DNA from: a virus
Taxonomy: Duplodnaviria > Caudoviricetes
Length of the DNA stretch: 31,372 nucleotides
Virus record (IMG/VR): IMGVR_UViG_3300033067_000414
Span: 1 to 31,372 of that record
Direction: 5' to 3' (one strand)
In this document: positions 1 through 6,706 of the stretch, piece after piece
How positions within the stretch are numbered: position 1 is the stretch's first letter
How the letters are laid out: each line of letters opens with the position of its first letter
Program-made: the position numbers and the translations under genes
Notes under the pieces: model-generated
The model's database searches: none
Told to the model about the DNA's origin: nothing
The model's input: the letters and a program-made list of their open reading frames with translations, nothing else

Positions 1-2
1 AG

Positions 3-653
3 AAAATTCTTGATGACTTTGATTTTCAATGTTTGCCACTTGCTAGCAGAGCGCTAGCGCCAATGCTTTGGTTGCTTGCAAGCGAATCAGTAGACGGTGA
101 TTTTAATGGTGATGTTGGGTTCTTGTCTTTTCGTTTAAGGCAGCCAAAATTAGAAGTTGAAGAAGGCCTTAAGCATTTGATTAAAAAAGGGTTTGTCATA
201 GTTTGCAATCAAAATGATGGCGACATGATAGCAACTTGCTTGCAAGATGATATACCAGAGACAGAGACAGAGACAGAGACAGAGAAAAGAGACAGAGAAA
301 GAGGCAAAGACAGAGTCAAACCCGCGAAGCCTTCGGCTATCGCTTGCCCCCACGATGTTGACCAATCTGTTTGGGATGACTGGATAACGCTTCGCAAAGC
401 AAAGAAAGCCCCAGTTACTGAGACTGTGGTGAAACACGCAAGGGGAGAAGCTCAAAAAGCAGGGTTAACCCTCGAATGCTTTTTAAAAATCTGGTGCGCC
501 CGTGGTTCGCAGGGCCTAGAAGCAAGCTGGTTAAAGCCTGACGAGCGGCAAAAATACGGCGCGGCCCAAAATCCAAATGCCAGAATTGATGCAGGCATGG
601 AAGCGGTTCAGCGAGCAAAGAAAATGCTTTTTGGGGAACAAAATGAAAGTTGA
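3..653 (+). CDS. Phage replication initiator (lambda O-like), 5'-truncated by window edge
   Basis: Frame is open from base 3 (KILDDFDFQCLPLASRALAPMLWLLASE). N-terminal wHTH-like region, ETETETE linker, and C-terminal 'WDDWITLRKAKKAPVT...RGSQGLEASWL' region typical of phage initiators. Overlaps a helicase-loader-like gene. Confidence 0.75.
   Translation, partial: KILDDFDFQCLPLASRALAPMLWLLASESVDGDFNGDVGFLSFRLRQPKLEVEEGLKHLIKKGFVIVCNQNDGDMIATCLQDDIPETETETETEKRDRERGKDRVKPAKPSAIACPHDVDQSVWDDWITLRKAKKAPVTETVVKHARGEAQKAGLTLECFLKIWCARGSQGLEASWLKPDERQKYGAAQNPNARIDAGMEAVQRAKKMLFGEQNES
256..315 (+). repeat. (CAGAGA)x5 tandem repeat plus degenerate copies; candidate origin region within initiator gene
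   Basis: Five perfect CAGAGA units at 256-285, further copies at 293-298 and 309-315; encodes the ETETETETEKRDRE linker. Confidence 0.8.
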
Positions 654-1248
654 TGAATTTGAAAAATTTGGTCAAATGCTGGTTGCTGTTGGTGATTTGT
701 ACGGCAAAACAATGGGCGACATGGCGATAGGAATCTACTTTAACGCGCTGAAAGAATACGAATTTGCAGCAGTCAGGCAGGCTTTTGACAGATATGTTAA
801 AAACCCGGATTCCGGGCAGTTTATGCCCAAGCCCGCCGATTTGATCCGCATGATGTCTGGCACCTCACAAGACGCAGCGATGGAAGCGTGGGCGAAGGTA
901 GACAAAGCAGTGCGACAGCTTGGGCCTTACCATAACGTTGTGTTTGATGACCCGTTAATTCATCGAGCAATAGCCGACATTGGCGGCTGGATTGCGCTTG
1001 GAAGCAAAACAGATGATGATTGGCCGTTTGTTGCGCGAGACTTCCAAACCGTGTACAAGGGCTACGCGCATCGCGGCGAAACGCCAGAATTTGACCCTGT
1101 TTTGATTGGCCTCGCAGAAAAAGCCGAGCCAAAACTGATTGGCGACACTGAAAAAGCCAGGCAAGTGATGCAGACAGGGACAAAACAACGCTTGCAGGTC
1201 ACCGCTTTGGGCGATGCGATAAAGCACACTCTGCAAATTAGTCGATAA
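643..1248 (+). CDS. Replication-associated protein (DUF6475-like; putative helicase loader/inhibitor)
   Basis: ATG 643 overlaps the initiator stop. Motifs 'GQFMPKPADLI', 'AWAKVDKAVRQLGPY..VVFDDPLIHRAIADIGGW'; occupies the lambda P position. Confidence 0.7.
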   Translation: MKVDEFEKFGQMLVAVGDLYGKTMGDMAIGIYFNALKEYEFAAVRQAFDRYVKNPDSGQFMPKPADLIRMMSGTSQDAAMEAWAKVDKAVRQLGPYHNVVFDDPLIHRAIADIGGWIALGSKTDDDWPFVARDFQTVYKGYAHRGETPEFDPVLIGLAEKAEPKLIGDTEKARQVMQTGTKQRLQVTALGDAIKHTLQISR

Positions 1249-1306
1249 AAAACAAAACATATTTATGTTGTGACAATACAACTTTTGTTAAATTAAAAAA
1301 TAAATG

Positions 1307-1335
1307 TTGACAAGCAAGAACAAAGTCTGTAATAT
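1307..1335 (+). promoter_or_regulatory. Sigma70-type promoter
   Basis: TTGACA (1307-1312), 17-nt spacer, TAATAT (1330-1335); A/T-rich UP-like tract upstream; intergenic. Confidence 0.75.
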
Positions 1336-1344
1336 GACCTCATC

Positions 1345-1358
1345 GCATCAATTGATGC
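1345..1358. promoter_or_regulatory. Perfect 14-bp palindrome, operator-like
   Basis: GCATCAA|TTGATGC just downstream of the predicted +1. Confidence 0.5.
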
Positions 1359-1385
1359 ACAACAAACCGCCGGGAGGGCGACAAA

Positions 1386-1784
1386 ATGAAATCACAAACA
1401 CTTGAGCAAGCAGAATTGTTCTTCAACGAAAACAAAGAAAGTTTGTTGAATCTGTTCTTTGAAAAAAACAAATACGAAGTTGACGTGCAGAACGAATTTA
1501 ATCAAGTCGCTATTTTCTTCAAAAATGGCGCGTCAATATGCTATCAAAACAGCGACATGAACGGCAACACGAATGATGGCCCATATTTTAGAAACGCGGG
1601 CGCAGATGTTGGACTTGAAACGTTAAGAGACATTCTTGCTGAAAACGAAGAGTTCAACGCGCTTGTCGCAGAAAATGAGTTCTGGTGTTATACATATCTT
1701 GATGAATTTATTAACTTGATTTGCGAGAGTATTTTCGAAAAAGAAGAAATAGATTCTAAGTTTGCGTTAGAAGACGAAGAATAA
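1386..1784 (+). CDS. Hypothetical acidic protein
   Basis: 132-aa ORF with GGGAGG RBS; first gene after promoter; AT-rich. Confidence 0.75.
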   Translation: MKSQTLEQAELFFNENKESLLNLFFEKNKYEVDVQNEFNQVAIFFKNGASICYQNSDMNGNTNDGPYFRNAGADVGLETLRDILAENEEFNALVAENEFWCYTYLDEFINLICESIFEKEEIDSKFALEDEE

Positions 1785-1815
1785 AACGGACATTATGAAA
1801 AAGGAGTGATTAAAA

Positions 1816-2112
1816 ATGGAACATGCATTTATTGTCATCGAAACAAAACGCGGCAACATGATACCAGCCAGGGTTTGGACTGCAACGGGCAAGGTTGACT
1901 ATATTTCAAAGGTGCAGGCGTCCTGCCCACGTTCTGGCGCAGTCTTTGAAGACTTTGAACAAGTGATGGCTGATGATGCTGAAAGGTGCGACATGAGCGT
2001 TCAGATTATGCGCAAAGCAGAGTTTATGCAATACGACACTGAAAGCCTGGACAAAAGAATTGTTGAGGCGGCGGTAAGGTTGGGTTGGATTGAGGAGACT
2101 GAAAATGAGTAA
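1816..2112 (+). CDS. Hypothetical protein
   Basis: 98-aa ORF with AAGGAG RBS. Confidence 0.75.
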   Translation: MEHAFIVIETKRGNMIPARVWTATGKVDYISKVQASCPRSGAVFEDFEQVMADDAERCDMSVQIMRKAEFMQYDTESLDKRIVEAAVRLGWIEETENE

Positions 2113-2437
2113 ACAACAAACAGCGCACGCAGAAATCGCGAAGCACACGCCTGGGCCGTGGGAGGCCGCTGAGCATGGCGACTATGGCGACTATGACGGT
2201 CAGTGCATTGTTGTGCTTGGTGACGATCTGCGCATTGCTGTTGTACTGGGAGAGGGCACCCCAGAGACGAGAGCCAACGCCCGCCTGATGGCCGCCGCGC
2301 CGGAATTGCTTGAGGCACTGCAATATATGACCGCGCTGGCATTGGGGCCAGCTGGTGGTGTCAGTCAGCAACAAAAGAGTGACGTGCTTACCAAAGCCCG
2401 CGCCGCAATCGCCAAAGCTACCGGAGGTGAAGCATGA
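2105..2437 (+). CDS. Hypothetical phage protein, TPGPW / ANARLIAAAPELLEAL family
   Basis: ATG 2105 after GAGGAG; 'HTPGPW' and 'ANARLMAAAPELLEALQ' motifs common in phage early regions. Confidence 0.8.
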   Translation: MSKQQTAHAEIAKHTPGPWEAAEHGDYGDYDGQCIVVLGDDLRIAVVLGEGTPETRANARLMAAAPELLEALQYMTALALGPAGGVSQQQKSDVLTKARAAIAKATGGEA

Positions 2438-2961
2438 GCAGAGAAGCAATGAAACTGGCCTTGCTGGCGCTGAAAACCGCAACAGCAGTAAATGACAGAG
2501 AGGTGCGATTGCAAGCAGAATCAATTGTGGCACTTAAAGAGGCACTTGCTGAAGAGCCAGCGCAGCCGGAGCCTGTAGACAGCGCCGAAAAAGCTGGTGC
2601 GTACATGGATGCGCGGCTGTGGGAGTTCATTGACATGGCTGCTGCGTGGCCAGAAGCAAAGCCAGATACGCGCACTTGGGATCATGTGCTGGTCTACGCG
2701 CCGAATCAGGAGCCTAAGTGCGGAGCAATCATTGAGGTGTTTGGTAAGGATTGGCGTTTGGAATACATGAGCCTACCCGTTGGCAAACACAAACTTTACA
2801 CACAGCAATACACCTACACCACCCCATCAGCACAGCGCAAGCCGCTGACGGATGAGCAGATACGCAAAGCTGTAAACGGCGCTGGGATAATGTTCACAGC
2901 ACCTGATATCAAGGTTGCCCGCGCTATCGAGGCTGCACACGGAATAAAGGATGAAAAATGA
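2434..2961 (+). CDS. Hypothetical mosaic phage protein (ea/nin-like)
   Basis: ATGA overlap; 'MSREAMKLALLAL', 'QPEPV', and C-terminal 'RKPLTDEQI...ARAIEAAHGIK' modules. Confidence 0.8.
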   Translation: MSREAMKLALLALKTATAVNDREVRLQAESIVALKEALAEEPAQPEPVDSAEKAGAYMDARLWEFIDMAAAWPEAKPDTRTWDHVLVYAPNQEPKCGAIIEVFGKDWRLEYMSLPVGKHKLYTQQYTYTTPSAQRKPLTDEQIRKAVNGAGIMFTAPDIKVARAIEAAHGIKDEK

Positions 2962-3227
2962 ACCTAAAAGACATAATCCTAATAGCCCGTGAATCAGGGC
3001 TTGTATATGGTAGTGACGAAAATATTTTACCATCAGTGCGGCATTTTTTTATGGCTGCATACGAAGCAGGCATTTCCGTTGGCATTGCATTAGGCACCGC
3101 TACCGAGCGTGAAGCTTGTGCAAAGGTATGTAATGATAAATTTGAAGAGTTTCAAGGTTTGCAATATTTTACGGCTGAGGGTGCTGCAAAAGAGTGTGAA
3201 TATGCAATCCGCTCAAGGGGAAAATAA
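2958..3227 (+). CDS. Hypothetical phage protein
   Basis: ATGA overlap; 'EREACAKVC...CEYAIRSRG' motif common in phage small genes. Confidence 0.75.
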   Translation: MNLKDIILIARESGLVYGSDENILPSVRHFFMAAYEAGISVGIALGTATEREACAKVCNDKFEEFQGLQYFTAEGAAKECEYAIRSRGK

Positions 3228-3673
3228 TGAACTGGGTTGATACTATCAGGCTTGCAATTGATGCCGGGTTTGACTTGAATGGTATGTCAAACATGCTTTA
3301 CTCCGTGCGCTGTAATTACGCGCAACTACAACGATTCGCAGAACTTGTCGCGGCTTTTAAAAGCGAACAAATCAAGCTGGCAAATGCAGCAGAAATTGAA
3401 AAAGAGAACGAATACATCAAGCTACTTGAGCAAAAACAAAACACTCCTCTGCCGATTGAATCTGCGCCAAGTGATGGAACTGTTGTTTTGGGGTACTGCA
3501 ATGGTGATTGGCTGGAAGTTTACTGTTGTGGACCAGGTCAACCGTGGCACTGGAATTGTTTTATGTCAAATGATACGAATTGGACGCCGAATCCTACGCA
3601 TTGGATGCCAAGACCTTTGCTTCCTGGCGAACAAAAGGTGCCGAATTCGACACCTTTAGGAGGTGAGTCGTGA
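3227..3673 (+). CDS. Hypothetical protein with DUF551-like C-terminus
   Basis: TAATG coupling; 'PIESAPSDGTVVLG...PTHWMPRP' motif. Confidence 0.7.
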   Translation: MNWVDTIRLAIDAGFDLNGMSNMLYSVRCNYAQLQRFAELVAAFKSEQIKLANAAEIEKENEYIKLLEQKQNTPLPIESAPSDGTVVLGYCNGDWLEVYCCGPGQPWHWNCFMSNDTNWTPNPTHWMPRPLLPGEQKVPNSTPLGGES

Positions 3674-4077
3674 AATTTCCAAAAACCTGCGCGAGAGAAA
3701 CGGGAGGCAAAATGCAAGCTCAAGACACGGTGGCCATGAAGCCCATATATGGATTTTTGGAAATAGAGACTAAACCCTTCTTCAAGGGCCATAGTATTGG
3801 TTACAAATCAAGACTTATAACAAAAGACAAAAATGGACTGGTAATTAGCAAAAAGGCATGGGAACCGCCTTTAATTTGGGTTGAAAAACAGGGGCGATTT
3901 ATGAGGTTATCTACATATTTTTTAATTAATACGGTTACTGTTAGCGCGTATGGGATTTTGCTTTTAATACAAAAAGACTTTAGCGGCGTTATGTTTTTTC
4001 TTTCTGCTGTTATGCATTTTATAGCATTTCGCGCTTTTAAAGACCTTGAGTTGAACGAAAAAAATGGAGTGAAATAA
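3670..4077 (+). CDS. Hypothetical membrane protein
   Basis: GTG start after AGGAGG; two hydrophobic segments at the C-terminus. Confidence 0.6.
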   Translation: MKFPKTCARETGGKMQAQDTVAMKPIYGFLEIETKPFFKGHSIGYKSRLITKDKNGLVISKKAWEPPLIWVEKQGRFMRLSTYFLINTVTVSAYGILLLIQKDFSGVMFFLSAVMHFIAFRAFKDLELNEKNGVK

Positions 4078-4628
4078 TGAAATCATGCATCAAATGCGGC
4101 AGCTACGCGCTTAATTTAGCAAGACACGGGATAGACCAAGGTAATTTGTGTGATGTCCATTATTGGCAAGAAAGGGCCATTCAGGCAGAACAAAAGCTTA
4201 CTGACGAATCTGTGGCTTACAACAAAGGCTTTAACGATGGGCATTTGGCCGCAACAGGGCCAAATAAAACACCCGAAGACCCTTGGGTATTAACCATCCT
4301 TTTAAAAGCAGTAGGATGCAGGTATGAAGATGGAAAAGTAATTGATGGCGAAAAGGTTGTTTTTACAAGCTTCTCCCCATACCAAAACGACCGTCAATTG
4401 TTTTGGCTGCTTGAAAAGGCAAAAATCAGCCTTGTTGTTAACCAAAAAAAAGGGTATGCAATAGCTTTGTGTAGTGAACCAATTAAATGGGCAGCCAAAA
4501 CAAAGTTTTGCGATAGAGATTCTGTGCATTCGGCAATTAAAGATGTGATATGGCGGCTTGCTTTTAACATTGGAACTGTAAAAATAAAAATGGAAAAAAG
4601 CAATGAGGTAAAAAATGAAAGCATTTAG
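4077..4628 (+). CDS. Hypothetical protein with N-terminal CxxC...CxxH
   Basis: TAATG coupling; 'CIKCGSYALN...LCDVHYW' possible zinc site. Confidence 0.7.
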   Translation: MKSCIKCGSYALNLARHGIDQGNLCDVHYWQERAIQAEQKLTDESVAYNKGFNDGHLAATGPNKTPEDPWVLTILLKAVGCRYEDGKVIDGEKVVFTSFSPYQNDRQLFWLLEKAKISLVVNQKKGYAIALCSEPIKWAAKTKFCDRDSVHSAIKDVIWRLAFNIGTVKIKMEKSNEVKNESI

Positions 4629-4998
4629 GCAAAAACTAGATTTTGACCAAGCACTTAAAGCAATTGGGCTTGAATGGTCGGGCACAGAACAAGACAAATT
4701 CATCAAGTATGACCCAAAATTGAAGCATCAATATGTCATTCGAAGGGGCTCAACCCACGATGGCACGCTTGTTTTTACAATCGAATTGATACACAAGGCT
4801 TTGATTAACCTGCTAAACAAGAGCAGCTATTACAAGCCAATGGGCGAATGCCCGGCAGGCATGAAACCAGTTTACACAATCGGCAAAATCAGGCGTTATG
4901 GAATTTATGGTAACGTTGACCTGCCAATTCGCCCAAACGTGCCAGGTGTGCGTGAAAGGGTGGCAATACCAGTGAGGGTTGAATATGTCAAAAGTTGA
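4615..4998 (+). CDS. Hypothetical protein
   Basis: 127-aa ORF with GAGG RBS; overlaps neighbours. Confidence 0.65.
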   Translation: MKAFRQKLDFDQALKAIGLEWSGTEQDKFIKYDPKLKHQYVIRRGSTHDGTLVFTIELIHKALINLLNKSSYYKPMGECPAGMKPVYTIGKIRRYGIYGNVDLPIRPNVPGVRERVAIPVRVEYVKS

Positions 4999-5359
4999 AT
5001 GTAAACCGATTGCAGAAGAAACTGCAAAATTTGATTCTTGGGACGAATCGTTGCGCGGCAAAAAAATGTCTGATGCTTCAGGTAGGGTGATTTACAAGTA
5101 TCAAATGCCCGTGCTTGAGCGGTTCACGATGAAGCTACCATTGGGCGCAAAAATCTTGCGTGTGAAAGACGAGGGCGGCATGTTTTGGCTGTGGGCCGAA
5201 GTCCGCACGGATGCGCGCGATGAGGAGCGCAGGTTTTGGGCGTTCAAAACTGGCGGCAAAATTCCCGATGATCTCAACTTAGTCTATTTGGGTTTTTGCG
5301 CTGTCCATGTGCAAATGGAGCTTGGACTCTATATTTATGAGGAGGTTAGCAATGGGTAA
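4985..5359 (+). CDS. Hypothetical phage protein (start 4985 or 5066)
   Basis: 'IYKYQMP...LPLGAKILRV...LWAEV...TGGKIP...YLG' pattern of a widespread small phage family. Confidence 0.7.
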   Translation: MSKVECKPIAEETAKFDSWDESLRGKKMSDASGRVIYKYQMPVLERFTMKLPLGAKILRVKDEGGMFWLWAEVRTDARDEERRFWAFKTGGKIPDDLNLVYLGFCAVHVQMELGLYIYEEVSNG

Positions 5360-6020
5360 ATATGGTATTCCTCCTGTTAACTTGGGCCTAATTGATATTC
5401 AGCCAACAGAAATGATGTTTTGGCTAAACCTGCCCATTAAGATGCCCCATGGTCAGCTTACCGTGCCGCCAAACCTTGCGGTGTTTGAACCAATAATCAC
5501 TGCTTCATGCAATTTTGCAAACGATTCTTTGCGTGACTATGAAAACCATTATGTCTACATCACAGCCAAGACTCTTTATTTCGATGAGGGTCAAAACCTC
5601 AACCGCCCAGGCTGGCATTCAGACGGGTTTTTAACTGATGACCTGAATTTTATTTGGTCAAACTCAGACCCGACTATTTTTTGGACCCCTGAAAACTTCG
5701 AAGATTTAATTGATTTACCATGCGACCATCAAAAATCACTGGATTTACTTGATGACGTTTGCGAAAATTGGCTTCAATCTTCAGTTTATCCAGAAAAACA
5801 CCTTTTGGCACTCAATCAATACGTCATACATAAATGCGCAAAAGCGTCAAAAAGTGGCGTTCGGACATTTGTAAAAATCAGTTTTTCTAAAAACAAGTAT
5901 GATATGAAAGGCAATTCTGTAAACCACCTTTTGAATTACGATTGGAAATACTTTGAGCGTTGCGCGAGTAGAAATTTGCAATCAAGTTTTGAAAACATTG
6001 GTTTAAAAACAAAAATTTGA
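5352..6020 (+). CDS. Probable 2OG-Fe(II) dioxygenase-like protein
   Basis: ATG 5352 after GAGGAGG; HxD (RPGWHSDG), distal His (YVIHKC) and 'RTFVKISFS' fit the facial triad plus 2OG-binding Arg pattern. Confidence 0.6.
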   Translation: MGKYGIPPVNLGLIDIQPTEMMFWLNLPIKMPHGQLTVPPNLAVFEPIITASCNFANDSLRDYENHYVYITAKTLYFDEGQNLNRPGWHSDGFLTDDLNFIWSNSDPTIFWTPENFEDLIDLPCDHQKSLDLLDDVCENWLQSSVYPEKHLLALNQYVIHKCAKASKSGVRTFVKISFSKNKYDMKGNSVNHLLNYDWKYFERCASRNLQSSFENIGLKTKI

Positions 6021-6045
6021 CAAGTTGGCGGATATTATATAAAAT
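6017..6045 (+). promoter_or_regulatory. Sigma70-type promoter (late, pR'-like position)
   Basis: TTGACA (6017-6022), 17-nt spacer, TAAAAT (6040-6045). Confidence 0.75.
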
Positions 6046-6049
6046 ACAG

Positions 6050-6119
6050 AACATCATGAGCCTTGGCGGCTGCTTGAATTTTATTCTCCTCCCGTGTAGT
6101 CGCCAAGGTTGATGGTGTT
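6050..6119 (+). ncRNA. Long hairpin RNA with anti-SD loop (candidate sRNA)
   Basis: 6050-6057 pairs 6112-6119 and 6059-6073 pairs 6096-6110 (23 bp, 4 G-U, one G/G); loop carries TCTCCTCCC. Confidence 0.6.
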
Positions 6120-6160
6120 TCCATCTCACATCCATCCCAGCGATGTAAAAGGCTGGGTGT

Positions 6161-6241
6161 CATGACTAACAAGCCTTGAGTACCGTCAAGAAGTGCATTT
6201 GCATCGGATTGGCAAACGTCATACAGGGTTTGTTAGTGATG
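6161..6241 (+). ncRNA. Long stem-loop, candidate processing element
   Basis: ACTAACAAGCCTTG (6165-6178) pairs CAGGGTTTGTTAGT (6224-6237), 14 bp with 2 G-U; extended by CAT/ATG across a G/G mismatch. Confidence 0.5.
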
Positions 6242-6357
6242 GTAAATGCGCAGGCTGATGCGCGAGCGACTGGCGAAGACCAAGTGAACAGGGCCACCGA
6301 TTACGCGGTGGAGCAGCGGAACCTTCCGCAGGCCGGGATCAGCTCCGGCTACCATCA
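6237..6357 (+). ncRNA. Multi-arm tRNA-shaped RNA with kissing loops
   Basis: Closing stem TGATGGTA/TACCATCA; arms GCGCA-GGCTGA-TGCGC, CCACCG/CGGTGG, GCGGA/TCCGC, GCCGG-GATCAGCT-CCGGC; GCTGAT is complementary to ATCAGC. Confidence 0.65.
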
Positions 6358-6373
6358 AAATAGGCTGGGGGTT

Positions 6374-6432
6374 CCTGGCTGAAGCGGGTGTAAGCCTCGA
6401 CAACCAGGCGGGTGAAAGGCCCGCCGCCATCA
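6374..6432 (+). ncRNA. Structured element with T-loop-like hairpins
   Basis: CCTGGCTG/CAACCAGG stem enclosing GG-TGTAAG-CC; adjacent GGCGGG-TGAAAGG-CCCGCC hairpin followed by ...CCATCA. Confidence 0.4.
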
Positions 6433-6439
6433 CATAAGC

Positions 6440-6486
6440 GGCGGCGTGGCGAGTGTGTCAAGTTCGATTCTTGGCCTTTGCCACCA
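6440..6486 (+). pseudogene. tRNA remnant / minihelix-like element lacking an anticodon arm
   Basis: T arm GTCAAG-TTCGATT-CTTGGC, 3' CTTTGCC-A-CCA; 5' GGCGGCG pairs imperfectly; only 47 nt. Confidence 0.55.
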
Positions 6487-6510
6487 GAAATTTGCTAAAC
6501 GAGGGCGACA

Positions 6511-6645
6511 ATGATCAAAATACTGGATATTTGCATTTTTGCCGCTTGTTTGTTAATCTGCTGTTTAATAGTTGCGAACTTTGCATTGGATTATGCAGAA
6601 TGTTTGGCTAACTTTATTCGACACGGATTGAGTTTTTTGTTTTAA
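6511..6645 (+). CDS. Small Cys-rich membrane peptide (44 aa), not in the ORF track
   Basis: GAGGG RBS then ATG; MIKILDICIFAACLLICCLIVANFALDYAECLANFIRHGLSFLF. Confidence 0.5.
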   Translation: MIKILDICIFAACLLICCLIVANFALDYAECLANFIRHGLSFLF

Positions 6646-6706
6646 AACATAACTGAAATGCAGTAATTGGTGAAAAAATGCCGGTGACCAATTAAGAGGT
6701 TTGCAC

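Noticed and set aside
6176-6433. ORFs 6176-6382 (+) and 6233-6433 (-) as proteins
   Set aside because: No convincing RBS or recognisable motifs; the region is better explained by RNA structure.
6237-6486. Canonical decoding tRNA genes
   Set aside because: No module has a complete cloverleaf with a 7-nt anticodon loop and canonical D loop.
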